From a virus (taxonomy: Duplodnaviria > Caudoviricetes), in the IMG/VR virus record IMGVR_UViG_3300048802_000015, positions 17,906 through 81,905 of that record: a stretch of 64,000 nt of DNA. One strand, 5' to 3'. The notes beneath the pieces are model-generated. The model saw only the letters and a program-made list of their open reading frames with translations, was not told the origin of the DNA and did not search any database. Below are positions 8,949 to 18,851 of the stretch, piece after piece. The position numbers were made by a program, and so were the translations under genes. Positions within the stretch are counted from its first letter, which is position 1, and each line of letters starts with the position of its first letter.

Positions 8949-9599
8949 CTATTCTGTGGGCGTGTCGTGGCACCTGCGATACTTTTGGTAAGCAACGGAC
9001 GCACTGGCGACATCGCTGAAGTAGCCCAGGAAAATATGCTTCCTGTCTCGGTAGATACGGGCCTCCCACTTTTGATGTTCCACATTCCAACTCACGCCGC
9101 GTGCCCCACTGATATTCGTCGTCCTTAGTTCACGCGTGTTGCGCGCCTGCTGCCTGCGCGTCGCCCATCGGCAGTTGCCGGGCTCGTAGTTCCCGTCGTT
9201 GTTCCTGCGATCGAGCGTTAGTCCTGGTGGGCGAGACCCCATGTCAGCAAAGAAGTTCTCGAACTTCAGCCAGCGCTCGCAGACGGTAATTCCACGGCCT
9301 CCGTAGTCGGCGAAACGCCTGTCCTTTGGGTTGCTGGTGCGACAAAGCATCGCTCGCCATGAGAGATACTCGGGTGATTCTCGGCCGTGCCGAGTATGGC
9401 CATGGACAGTGCGATCGACATTTGAAGCCACACGCAAACATCCGCACGACCTTGTTCTGCCGCTGCGCAAGCTGGAACGGAACACATCCTTGATCTTTCC
9501 ACAGTCACAGAGACACGTAACATAGGGGCCGGCCCTCTCCGCGTCATCGGTTACGGTTAGCCTTCCGAATCGCTTCCGACCTAGCGCCTGTCTCCTCAT
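8949..9599 (-). CDS. HNH endonuclease (GRLTV/CxCxCG type) with AP2 domain
   Basis: RFGRLTV, CLCDCG, TRSCGC, YGGRGITVCERW, TLDRRNNDGNYEPGNCRWAT, SGARGVSW. Confidence 0.9.
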   Translation of the reverse strand: MRRQALGRKRFGRLTVTDDAERAGPYVTCLCDCGKIKDVFRSSLRSGRTRSCGCLRVASNVDRTVHGHTRHGRESPEYLSWRAMLCRTSNPKDRRFADYGGRGITVCERWLKFENFFADMGSRPPGLTLDRRNNDGNYEPGNCRWATRRQQARNTRELRTTNISGARGVSWNVEHQKWEARIYRDRKHIFLGYFSDVASASVAYQKYRRCHDTPTE

Positions 9600-9979
9600 G
9601 ACACTTGACCTCCCATATATCTCATCCGCAACCACCTAGCGACGGCATCCACGATGCTGGCGACGCGTGGAATCTTTGGATCTGAAGTGGTCCCATCTGG
9701 GGCAAAGCGCAGGTTGGTCCATTTACCAACCAGCGTCTCGACGGGCACGCCACTCTGGAGGGCGAGAGATGCCGTGATCGAAAGCGCGTCCAGGAGGCCC
9801 GAGATAGTCGAGCCGGCTTTGTCGCTCTTGAGAAAAATTTCCCCTAGTCGTCCGTCGGCGTACTCACCCGTGGAAATGTACAGCTTCAACTCGGCGGGTC
9901 CGTGCTCCGTGGAGTAGCGCAGGTGGATCCTCTTCGTCCGGCCCTTGCGGGTCGGAGGCAGGCGCTCGCGGGGCATCAA
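9596..9979 (-). CDS. Stand-alone TSCPD domain protein (class II RNR C-terminal-like)
   Basis: RERLP..RKG, LYISTGEYADGRLGEIFL, SLALQSGVP..., FAPDG, IVDAVARWL. Confidence 0.85.
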   Translation of the reverse strand: MMPRERLPPTRKGRTKRIHLRYSTEHGPAELKLYISTGEYADGRLGEIFLKSDKAGSTISGLLDALSITASLALQSGVPVETLVGKWTNLRFAPDGTTSDPKIPRVASIVDAVARWLRMRYMGGQVS

Positions 9980-10251
9980 TTTGTTCCGCGGCTGGCCGCA
10001 TCCCTCGTCGCTTTGTCGACCTGCTCTTTTCCGTAGACCTGGCAGGCGAGGTGGTAATTGCAGTGCTCCAGATGCACCACGAGGGCGGCCTGGCTCGCGG
10101 CGAACTCCTTCAGCTCGGCGAGTTCGGCGCAGAGAACCTCCCCAGCTTTGTCGGCCGACCGCTCCCCGCGCAGGGCCTTGCGTAGCCTCCAGGCCAGTAC
10201 GATCACAGCCGCATTACCTAGGAGGTCAAAGCATAGATGCCATATCGCCAT
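9976..10251 (-). CDS. Hypothetical protein (N-terminal hydrophobic segment)
   Basis: 91-aa ORF starting 3 nt after repeat copy 2; ATGA overlap downstream. Confidence 0.6.
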   Translation of the reverse strand: MAIWHLCFDLLGNAAVIVLAWRLRKALRGERSADKAGEVLCAELAELKEFAASQAALVVHLEHCNYHLACQVYGKEQVDKATRDAASRGTN

Positions 10252-10254
10252 ACC

Positions 10255-10286
10255 CTATTGTTGTTCACGGCGGGCGGTTTTCGCCA
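10255..10286 (-). repeat. 32-bp exact direct repeat, copy 2
   Basis: Identical to 271-302. Confidence 0.9.
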
Positions 10287-10294
10287 GCGTTTCT

Positions 10295-10834
10295 CTACGC
10301 CTGCTCGGACCCAATCATCCCGCCGGTCCAGCGTGCAACGTGACCGTTAGGACGCTGGCGGATATCGACGTGACACCAGTAATACTGCCCGCTGGTCGAG
10401 TACAGCCCGAGCCCGCCGATGACATCACCGCGATCAACAAACTTCTCGATAAAGCTGGCAAAGATAGCCATGCGGGCGATATCCCGCTCGGTTCCGCGCC
10501 CGTGCCGGAGCGATTCCATGTCCACGTCGCAGCAGATATCCGCCGCCTTGCCGAGCATGTGCTGGGACTGCTGGGCACCCCCAATGGCCGCATTCAGCGC
10601 GGCCGAACGCCACCCACAGATCACCGTGATGGCCGGCGATCCACCTAGAGAGTTCGTCGCGATGAACTGCTCCCAGGCGGTCCGCAACGGCTCCAACGCC
10701 GTCGTGACCAGCCGCTGAAGGTTATCAAGGATAGCCTGGTCCACCGGCAAGGTGCGGATACCGCCCGCATGCTGGGCGAGCTCGAGTGCGGAAAAGTGCT
10801 GACTGAGTTGATCGGTGAGTTCCACAGTCTTCAT
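10295..10834 (-). CDS. Endolysin, peptidase M15A family
   Basis: HFSALEL, ICGWRS, SQHMLGKAADI, WCHVDIR zinc-binding motifs. Confidence 0.88.
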   Translation of the reverse strand: MKTVELTDQLSQHFSALELAQHAGGIRTLPVDQAILDNLQRLVTTALEPLRTAWEQFIATNSLGGSPAITVICGWRSAALNAAIGGAQQSQHMLGKAADICCDVDMESLRHGRGTERDIARMAIFASFIEKFVDRGDVIGGLGLYSTSGQYYWCHVDIRQRPNGHVARWTGGMIGSEQA

Positions 10835-10880
10835 CCCCTGCATCGGCCGTTAACTGATCGTCTGCGCTGGACTTTTCCAC

Positions 10881-11195
10881 TTACCGTTTCGGCTTCTCCG
10901 GGATAGCCACGTTCTCTCCGGTGTCCTTCAACACTCGGTTCATCGCCTCGCGCGCTTTCGCCAATTCCGGGTGCTTCTTGTGGAGAGCCGCGAGCTGCTC
11001 TTCGAGGTTCTGCGTTGTCTGCTGGCGCTCCTGGTTGACCCGCATCGCGCATCCCTGCTGCTTGGCGCACAGCTCGACTGCTAGCTTCGCTCCGTAGCGA
11101 GCGCCGAGAAGGGCGCTGGGAAAACCAACCATGGCCGCTATGCCAACCGCACCAAGAATGGCCGCCCAGACTGGTATGATGATGAGCGCGTTCAA
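10881..11195 (-). CDS. Membrane-anchored coiled-coil protein (holin/spanin-like)
   Basis: N-terminal TM helix plus coiled coil, immediately upstream of endolysin. Confidence 0.5.
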   Translation of the reverse strand: MNALIIIPVWAAILGAVGIAAMVGFPSALLGARYGAKLAVELCAKQQGCAMRVNQERQQTTQNLEEQLAALHKKHPELAKAREAMNRVLKDTGENVAIPEKPKR

Positions 11196-11692
11196 CCTCG
11201 CACCGGCCTTGGCGTCGCGCCGGTAATGTCATGTGGCCGGCTGAGTTCATCCACTCGCTCTTGTAGCCGCTGGTTTTCGATGGACTGCACCAGCTCCTTG
11301 TTGCTGGTCCGAATGGAGTTAGCCGCACCCGTGACGGACTCCTCTAATCTTTCAACCGCGTGGTCGATCGCCTGTTCGGTTTCGAGCTTGGCTTTGTCGT
11401 GCGACGCCCAGACGACGTGCTGAACCTCGGCCTTCAACTGGCCTTCCAGGTCTCTGATGGTGGCCACCGAGTCCGACCGGCACGCCTGGCAGTTCATACC
11501 GATGGCGTTCAGCGACTTGGTCAGCGCGTCCATGAAGTCGCTGAACTTGTCCTGCTGCTTGATCGCCGAGTCGACAAGCCGCTTGAGTGCCCAACTAAGC
11601 ACGCCTATCGTCGCCGTCAGTAGGGCAAAGGCCACGGCCAAAATTGCGCCGCCTACCCCGGACCCACTTAGTGCTTTCAAGGCTGCTTCCAT
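11192..11692 (-). CDS. Membrane protein, putative holin/antiholin
   Basis: GAILAVAFALLTATIGVLSWAL TM helix then coiled coil; lysis position. Confidence 0.5.
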   Translation of the reverse strand: MEAALKALSGSGVGGAILAVAFALLTATIGVLSWALKRLVDSAIKQQDKFSDFMDALTKSLNAIGMNCQACRSDSVATIRDLEGQLKAEVQHVVWASHDKAKLETEQAIDHAVERLEESVTGAANSIRTSNKELVQSIENQRLQERVDELSRPHDITGATPRPVRG

Positions 11693-11711
11693 TGGTACTG
11701 CTCCTGGGTTT

Positions 11712-14700
11712 CTACAGTGTTCCGTACTCAACAGCGACCAGGTTTGCCGATTGGTCGGAACCTACCTGGATCGTTCCCGCCAGAGACTGCTTGATCTTCA
11801 CCTCGAACGTGTGCGCCGCAACGGTGAGGAAGCCCGTTGTCACAACGAGAGCGAGAGAGCAGCGGGCGTTCGCCGGGTCGGCAGGCAGCGTGACCGACAC
11901 CGCATCCTCCAATGAGCCGTCCACGAAAATGCCTATGGAGATGATGTTCGATACCGTGTTGTCCTGGCAGCTTACTGTTGCCTGCAGGACCCACTTGGAG
12001 CTAGCTGTGAGCGGCGTGGCGCTGATCGAAAGCACCATTTCATACGTGTCGATTGCGAAATAGCTCCCCCCCGTGGCCTCGCTCTGAAGCATCTGCAGGG
12101 CGCCGAATCTGGAAGTGACGCCGAATTCCGGCTCCCACGTCGAGTGCACAACGTCGGCGAGCGCCGCCCACAGTGATGGCTGCACTAGGCCGAGGAGCAC
12201 GGGACTAGCAGGCGGTGTTCCCGTGGCAGTGCCCGGTGTCGTCTGCGATAGGTAGAGCTGGGTTCCTGGGGCCGGTATGGCTCCCGCGTCCTCCGACAGC
12301 AGGAATCCCCCCGTGCTATCCGAGGACACCAGCGCGAAGCCTCCGGTGACGGTGCTTGTAGCGAGGAAACCAATCGGTCGCTGCGGTGGCGTGACATCCG
12401 CAACCCTTATTTTGCCGGGGTTGGCGACGTCCGCAGACACGATCGTCCCCTCGCGGAGCGGCGCTGGCGTCTCTACCGTTGCGAACGCCATGCCCTTGCA
12501 CCGCGGGCAGGGTAGCAGATCGCCCTCGTACCCACGGCCGGTTATACGGCAGACGACCTTCTGCCCACCAACGACCTCGAACCCGGTGGTCCGCAGAGAG
12601 CCCCACGAGACTGCCGTGTAGGGCTGCGAGCCGTCGCCGGGATCGGGCGCGTACTCTACCCGAACGCCGTTGCCGGCGGTCATGGTCGTCCCGTCGCCGT
12701 GGTCGAAGACAACAACGTAGGTTCCGGATAGCAGCGTGATGCTCGGCGCGGACGGTTCCGACTCCGCGGCCGTCAACTTGTGTACGTCCTGGAACTGTAC
12801 GACGGCCGACGAAGATCCCAGTCCAGTGGAGAACTGATTCGGATTGACGACGATCGAGGGCGACCACGCGCCGACGCCGCGTAGTCGACTACACGACACG
12901 GCCAACGTGGGACGGAGTACAAGACTGCCGTATTGCAAATCCGAAAGGGAGATCCCGCCGTCGTTACCACCTACCACGCCACCGGAACCACCGGCGACAG
13001 AGAGGGCGCGCGCGGCAGAATGCGAGAGATCTACGACGTCGGCCGTAATGAAGTTGCCTAAGAGATCCGTCAGCGAAGAGAAGTGCAGATGAACTTCTTG
13101 CGCTCTGGAGATGTTCAAACCGCCGAGCACGACTAGGCCCATAGCCGAAAACAGTGGACTGGACCCGTTCTCGGCAAGGAAATTTCCATCGGCCGTGATC
13201 GACCCAACGCCCGAACACATTCCGTCGACTACGATATCGCACACGCGGCACAGGGCGTGCTCGTCGTCCTGGCATCCAAGGGACAGCGACGTAAACCGTA
13301 AGCCGGCGAAGTAGGACTGTGCGCCGCTGGTTGGGCACACATAGCTGGCCGCCTCCTGCGCCGAATTGAGGAACGCGGCGGGCTGTTCGATCCAGACCGA
13401 GTCGCCTGGAGCGACGGTGCCCGGTACGAACCACAGCACGATGACGTTGGTAGCGGTGCTGTCGATGCCTCCCCAGCGGATCGCCCCGTAAAGGGTCTGC
13501 CCGCCAGCCGTATGTACGCGCGCGCGATAGCTCGCCAGAACCGTCGGGTCGGTGAAGTTGGCGCCTGTAAGCGCGACACTCACGCCCTCCGGGATAGAGC
13601 TCACGGACTCGATCGCCCAATCGCCCGTGGGGCCCGTCCCGCGCACCTCGGGCGGAACCCAGAACGCCTGTTGGGCCATGTCGGCCGCGCTATTCGTCAG
13701 ATCGCTGCCCCTCGTGTAGATCAGCTGGTAGTCGGCAAGAAGGTGACGGTCATCCTGCCCGAGACCGTCGCCACTGGTCACATCGTCATAGCCGACGGGA
13801 GCGGGAAGAATTGGGGCAATACTCTTTGGGAAAAGGTGGAAGTCGACCTCGATGAATCCTTGTCCGTCGACGATGCCGATGTTGGCGGGGTTGTCTTGGT
13901 GTGTCCAGTGCGGGACGACCATCGAGTCGACGACGCCGATCCCGGTCCGCCCGAACCCGAACCCGGACAGAAAAATCGACATCGGGAGGTTCGCGGGCTC
14001 GACGAGCGGCAACGCATTCGAGTAAGGCGCTGTGACGGTGGCGGTGCTTTCCTTCTGTACCCACCAACCAATGAAGTCAGTGAAGATCGACGGAGGGCGA
14101 AGCAAGATAGTGCCGTCCTGGTTCGGCCGCGGGTCGGGTACGGGAAACTCAGTTATCTTAGTTACGGCGTAGGCAAGGAGACTGGCGGCATCGATCGGAA
14201 CCGTCACAAGCGCCGTATCGGCTGCCAGAACGACGGTGATCTCCAGTGTCGTCCCAGGACCCGATGCCGGTATTGTCACCGGGGGAGAGACCGGGACGTT
14301 GACGAGGGAGCTGGAAGTGCCGATGGCGCTGACGGCTACAACCGGAACGGCCGTGTCGGTCGCGATACTGATCTGGCTTGCTGCCCCGTCGAGACCGATG
14401 CCTCCCGACCACGCGAAAGGTATCTCTACGTCGATGCTCGTGATGGTGCCGCCGAGTAGTCCAGACACATCCCACGGGAAGCCCAGATCGCCATCCCACG
14501 AGCTCGGGATCGTGATCGTCGTATCCCCGCCGTGCCCGGAGCCATCTGCGAAGGTTATGACCTGCGAGCTGCTCAGCGCGAGAGGGCCCCACGTGCTCGC
14601 GGTCGGATGCGCCGCCACCAGGTCGAACACGAGCCGAAGCTGTTGTCCTGCCAGAATCGGATTTGGCCACGACGACCCGGAAAAAGTTGAGCTGCCGTCG

Positions 14701-15899
14701 ACCAACGAATTGGCGACGAGAGGCCCGTTAGACAGGGGGGCGAGATCACTGCCGAAGAACATGGTGAAGGACGACGCACTTGGGTCGAGCGACGGAGTCG
14801 ACGTGCACGGGCTTCCGAGCTGGTTGGTCAGCGTGATCCCGTTGATGAATTTTCCGACGTCCGCAGATAAGTCGTAGAAGTCGCTTAGATCGATGGTGCC
14901 GTTAGTGAGCCCGCCTTGCGCCTGCGCGTCCCCGCGTGACTTCAGCAGCGCGGAGGAAATGTCGAAGTCCGCCGACGTGGCATCCGTATAGATGATGCTC
15001 ACGTGCACGACGCCGCCGTCGGCGACATCGTCGAGTTCGACCACGTCGCCAGCCAGGTGAAATGTGAAGCGAATGCTCCCGTTCTCCAAGACGTCAAAGT
15101 TTGGGTTTCCCCGGAGGTTGATATCGAGAGTGTTTCCTTCCCCGCCGAGCAATCCCCCTAGCAGTGGCCCCGGTATTCCCGGATGACCTGCAGCGAAGCG
15201 AGGCTTGATCAGGCGCACCATCATTCGCCCTGCGCCTATGAGAGGCGTGATGGCGCGAAGGCGGGCAGTAGTCTTGATTGCCACAGCCGCGACTTCGCTC
15301 ATGCGACTTGTGAAGTCCGTGCCTGGCGCAGCGTCGATATAGCCTATGTGCCGATCATCCCCATTGTCTCCATCGAGGAAGACGTAGCGCACCTTGGTAA
15401 TGTCCCAGTTAGCCACCTCGACACTATGCGACTGAGTAATGCCAAGCCAGCGATTGAGCATCGTCGCGTAGCCCTGTCTGATCAGCGCGTTCGATGTGTC
15501 CTCGTCCGTCTCCCCGGCGGCCAACTTGCGTAATGGTAAACCGTTTAGCGATAGCCCAGGGTACAAGCGGGCCATGCCGACTTTGATGATCGTCTCGGTT
15601 GGCGCACCGCCGTTCAGCGTACAGTGGACGGTATAGGTCCCGTCTCGAATCATCCCGCTGTCGTCGTCGACGTTGAAGCCGGCTGTGGCGCCGGTACTAA
15701 GTAGAATGGGCTCCGGACCTGGACCTCCCGCCATTGAACCCTCTGGCCTTCCCACCAGCTCCCACCGGTACGAGCTGACGCCCGTCGTATCGGTGAGGCT
15801 GAGCGAGAGCACGTCCCCGATGGCGAGGTCTTGCCGCCAACCAGTGATCGGAGTGCTGCCGTTGCGGGTGCTGACGATCTGGACGTTGTTGAAGGCCAT
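11712..15899 (-). CDS. Large tail fibre/tail spike protein (1395 aa)
   Basis: Position after baseplate genes; Gly/Ser/Thr-rich beta-type modular composition. Confidence 0.75.
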   Translation of the reverse strand: MAFNNVQIVSTRNGSTPITGWRQDLAIGDVLSLSLTDTTGVSSYRWELVGRPEGSMAGGPGPEPILLSTGATAGFNVDDDSGMIRDGTYTVHCTLNGGAPTETIIKVGMARLYPGLSLNGLPLRKLAAGETDEDTSNALIRQGYATMLNRWLGITQSHSVEVANWDITKVRYVFLDGDNGDDRHIGYIDAAPGTDFTSRMSEVAAVAIKTTARLRAITPLIGAGRMMVRLIKPRFAAGHPGIPGPLLGGLLGGEGNTLDINLRGNPNFDVLENGSIRFTFHLAGDVVELDDVADGGVVHVSIIYTDATSADFDISSALLKSRGDAQAQGGLTNGTIDLSDFYDLSADVGKFINGITLTNQLGSPCTSTPSLDPSASSFTMFFGSDLAPLSNGPLVANSLVDGSSTFSGSSWPNPILAGQQLRLVFDLVAAHPTASTWGPLALSSSQVITFADGSGHGGDTTITIPSSWDGDLGFPWDVSGLLGGTITSIDVEIPFAWSGGIGLDGAASQISIATDTAVPVVAVSAIGTSSSLVNVPVSPPVTIPASGPGTTLEITVVLAADTALVTVPIDAASLLAYAVTKITEFPVPDPRPNQDGTILLRPPSIFTDFIGWWVQKESTATVTAPYSNALPLVEPANLPMSIFLSGFGFGRTGIGVVDSMVVPHWTHQDNPANIGIVDGQGFIEVDFHLFPKSIAPILPAPVGYDDVTSGDGLGQDDRHLLADYQLIYTRGSDLTNSAADMAQQAFWVPPEVRGTGPTGDWAIESVSSIPEGVSVALTGANFTDPTVLASYRARVHTAGGQTLYGAIRWGGIDSTATNVIVLWFVPGTVAPGDSVWIEQPAAFLNSAQEAASYVCPTSGAQSYFAGLRFTSLSLGCQDDEHALCRVCDIVVDGMCSGVGSITADGNFLAENGSSPLFSAMGLVVLGGLNISRAQEVHLHFSSLTDLLGNFITADVVDLSHSAARALSVAGGSGGVVGGNDGGISLSDLQYGSLVLRPTLAVSCSRLRGVGAWSPSIVVNPNQFSTGLGSSSAVVQFQDVHKLTAAESEPSAPSITLLSGTYVVVFDHGDGTTMTAGNGVRVEYAPDPGDGSQPYTAVSWGSLRTTGFEVVGGQKVVCRITGRGYEGDLLPCPRCKGMAFATVETPAPLREGTIVSADVANPGKIRVADVTPPQRPIGFLATSTVTGGFALVSSDSTGGFLLSEDAGAIPAPGTQLYLSQTTPGTATGTPPASPVLLGLVQPSLWAALADVVHSTWEPEFGVTSRFGALQMLQSEATGGSYFAIDTYEMVLSISATPLTASSKWVLQATVSCQDNTVSNIISIGIFVDGSLEDAVSVTLPADPANARCSLALVVTTGFLTVAAHTFEVKIKQSLAGTIQVGSDQSANLVAVEYGTL

Positions 15900-15902
15900 G
15901 GT

Positions 15903-17387
15903 CTACCTCGCTAGGCGGGGGATGAACATGTTGTAGGCCATCGGAATAGGCACCCAAGTGGTGGTCGCTGCTAGACCAAGATGCAGTAGATTCACTGGCG
16001 CCTTGGCGCTCTCTGGTTGCATTCTGTCGGTGGCTGGAGATGCCGAGAGTGATCCTCTCAAAAACGCGCCCGTATCGCCATTTAGGACCGATACCGTTCC
16101 AGTTCCTCCCGTCACTGCGCCACCCAGAAGAACGAGAGCGCCAGGCTCTAGCGAGAATGGGCTGGAGGCTAATACGAGCGGCGCTGTGACTGCACCAGTG
16201 ATCGTGTTCTCCGTAAATCCGATCCGCACAGTTTGTACTGTTTGCGCAGAGTAGATCCAGTCGCCATCGTAGAACGCTGGCACGTTCGTCACCCCTCCCG
16301 CCGCTCTGAATCGCACCCCGACATAGCAGCAGGCAGCGCGGGGAAAGGTGACGCCAGCGTAAACCAGATCTGCCTTGGGATAGCCGAGAGAATCTGGGAC
16401 CGTAGTGCTCTCCAAAAAGATGACTGGGGCGTAGTCTTTGGGACCGCCAATGAACAGAGAAGTGCGCGATCTCCAGGGCGCCGTTCTCCCGCCGCAAAGA
16501 TACATGTATGTCGGAAGATCGTTGGTGGCGGGAGCAGACCCTGGCGCATGGGCGGTGTCCACCAGCATGTTGAGATTGCCACTGTTTCGCCAGGTTAGTA
16601 GCTCGCCGTCGATAACGAGCCTGTGAACGATGTCTCCCAGGAGAACGGGACTGGCATCGGTCGGCAAGTATGGTTCGCAGCCCTTGAGGATTCCGTGCTG
16701 GCTCGTGCCTGGGAATTCGATCGTCCGCCACGCCCGGCGGACAATGAAGAACGACGTCGAGTCGGCTACCGATGGCGGCACCACCACCTCGAACAGTGCT
16801 TGTGTCCCAGCGGGCACTGCGGGCGCAAGAGGCGTCGACGCTGCCGCTCCGACCACCACGCTCAATGTGGCGACTGGGTTGCTCGTCTTGTAGACGTTCT
16901 CCGGCGATATCGCGCGGGTCACCGGGTCGAGAAGAATGTTCCGGTTCGTCGCGTCGGTGAGTGCATCGCCCGGCGTGCCCACAATCAGGCAGACCTTCGG
17001 GTTCGTTGCGTCCGGTGCCCCGCCTCCCGGCCACGAGATCGTCTGGGCGGGCCAGCGGAGAAGCTGGTAACCGGAGACGTCAGCGCTGTCTGGGGTACCG
17101 GGAAGCTCGGTTTCTCCTGCCCCGATGTCCATATCGAAGACACCGGCCTTCCCGGCAAGGCTGGCCGCCTTGGTGGCCCCGGACAACGGGATTGCTTGGG
17201 ACAGCTTCCCGGCGGCTGTGAAGTCGTCGAAGGTGTTGGTCTCGGGCGTGTAGAAGTCCGCGCGCACGGCTCGCGCCATCGCATGGTCCATCAGCTCACG
17301 ACCGGACAGGTGGCCCATGCGGTTGAGGTCAGACGACATGACCTGTTCGCGTGCCGATTGGTTCATTCGAGTTGGATTGCCGGGCAT
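15903..17387 (-). CDS. Tail/baseplate-associated structural protein
   Basis: 494 aa; N-terminal EQVMSSDLNRM typical of fibre-attachment proteins; synteny. Confidence 0.65.
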   Translation of the reverse strand: MPGNPTRMNQSAREQVMSSDLNRMGHLSGRELMDHAMARAVRADFYTPETNTFDDFTAAGKLSQAIPLSGATKAASLAGKAGVFDMDIGAGETELPGTPDSADVSGYQLLRWPAQTISWPGGGAPDATNPKVCLIVGTPGDALTDATNRNILLDPVTRAISPENVYKTSNPVATLSVVVGAAASTPLAPAVPAGTQALFEVVVPPSVADSTSFFIVRRAWRTIEFPGTSQHGILKGCEPYLPTDASPVLLGDIVHRLVIDGELLTWRNSGNLNMLVDTAHAPGSAPATNDLPTYMYLCGGRTAPWRSRTSLFIGGPKDYAPVIFLESTTVPDSLGYPKADLVYAGVTFPRAACCYVGVRFRAAGGVTNVPAFYDGDWIYSAQTVQTVRIGFTENTITGAVTAPLVLASSPFSLEPGALVLLGGAVTGGTGTVSVLNGDTGAFLRGSLSASPATDRMQPESAKAPVNLLHLGLAATTTWVPIPMAYNMFIPRLAR

Positions 17388-17411
17388 GGTGTATTCCTTT
17401 CGATCAGTCCA

Positions 17412-18851
17412 TTACAGCGTCATTTCCGTGACCCAGAAGGTTCCGACGGCTCGCAAGGTTGCCGAGACGCTGCTCTTGACCAGTACGGCGATGCCCATGA
17501 CCTGGTCATGGTAGTAGCCGAGGTTCACGAGATCTTGTTTGCGCAAGGGCAGGCACTCCGTCGGGCTGACCCACGGCGTGGCTATCGACCCAGCACCGGC
17601 CAGCGCCAGCACCACCATGAACGCATCGGTGGTCGGGTCCAGCGGTCCCGTCACGCTGACGACGCCTTCCCGAAGCATCCAGGCCTTACCGGCAATCGGC
17701 GTCAGCGCAAATGCCACTGTTCCTCCGGGGTCTGCTACGACTTCGCCAACGCCGTCGAGCCTCGTGCCGTTCTCGATGTAGGTGTCGAACTGCACACCGC
17801 CGGCCTTCTTGACCCGCGCCTCCTCGCCCAGCCCTAGCAGCGCCGTCTGGAGTTGCGGGTGGAGTGCAATGTCCGGGTAGCCCCAGACCTCGTCGTCACA
17901 GAACCCATCGTCGTCGCAGTAGAGCACCGACCCGTCCGGCTCGTGCAGCTCTCCATTCACGCTGATTCGGAAGTACGCCCGAGCCTCGCGGATCCCGGTG
18001 TCCTCGACGACGTCATCGCAGAAGGCATCGTCGCCGAACTCGGAATCGAAGAACCCGAGCGAATACTGGGTCAGCAGTGCCGGGCTGGCCAGTGGGTTGA
18101 ACGGCTCAAGGATCGTCACGTCCATCAGCCCGCCGTTTTGCGCCAGTCCGTGAATAGCCGTCGCAACCGCGATCGGGCTTACCGCATCCGGGAAGAGTCG
18201 GATCCTTGCCCGGTATTCCTCGGTGGCCTCGCCCGGCTGCCGCCGCTGGCTGCGCTCGTCACCGTGGGCAGAGAGCCAGTCAGCCGCCGCCTGCGTGATG
18301 GCCGTAGACGATGAGTACCGAAGCGCGTGACCATCATCCGTGGCGCCGGGACCGAGCACCGCATTGCTGGCTGAATCCAAGATCAGCGGGGCGGCGGTGG
18401 CCGTGGACATCAAGTCGCCGACGTTCAGCAGTAAATCGAACGCCGGATCGTAGGTGTTGACCAGCTCGGTCTGGCGCAAGGTCTGAAGCGGTAGATCGAA
18501 GGTCTGAGGACTTGGCCCGGCCGGGATGAGGATCGGCTGCGCCAGAACTAGCGCAATTCCTTCGTCGGTCGCGAATGGGTATCCCTGCGGAAGAGCAATG
18601 GTACCGGCGCCGAGGTTGCGGCTCACGGTCAGCGTGCACACCCCCGGCGTCCCCCCCGGCGCGTCTGAAATCGTGCAACGATCGGCTTGGTCTTGCAGGG
18701 CCTGGCTTGTGGCGGCGGCGATAGCGGTGCGCGCGTTCAGCACAGCAGTGCCATCGGGTCCGGAAAGCTCGGCTGCCAGCCAACCTTCGTCGCTCGTTCG
18801 CTTGAGGAGCGCGAGCGCCTGGCTTTGAGTGAGTGGTCCCGAGTCAGCCAT
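17412..18851 (-). CDS. Baseplate wedge subunit
   Basis: EYRARIRLFPDAVSPIAV; acidic FCDD repeats; KKAGGVQF; follows baseplate J. Confidence 0.7.
   Translation of the reverse strand: MADSGPLTQSQALALLKRTSDEGWLAAELSGPDGTAVLNARTAIAAATSQALQDQADRCTISDAPGGTPGVCTLTVSRNLGAGTIALPQGYPFATDEGIALVLAQPILIPAGPSPQTFDLPLQTLRQTELVNTYDPAFDLLLNVGDLMSTATAAPLILDSASNAVLGPGATDDGHALRYSSSTAITQAAADWLSAHGDERSQRRQPGEATEEYRARIRLFPDAVSPIAVATAIHGLAQNGGLMDVTILEPFNPLASPALLTQYSLGFFDSEFGDDAFCDDVVEDTGIREARAYFRISVNGELHEPDGSVLYCDDDGFCDDEVWGYPDIALHPQLQTALLGLGEEARVKKAGGVQFDTYIENGTRLDGVGEVVADPGGTVAFALTPIAGKAWMLREGVVSVTGPLDPTTDAFMVVLALAGAGSIATPWVSPTECLPLRKQDLVNLGYYHDQVMGIAVLVKSSVSATLRAVGTFWVTEMTL

Noticed and set aside
11712-15899. Diversity-generating retroelement or invertible fibre cassette
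   Set aside because: No reverse transcriptase, template/variable repeat pair or invertase seen
15697-17034. 445-aa minus-strand ORF overlapping the tail gene
   Set aside because: Alternative frame with Arg/Ser-rich, non-protein-like composition
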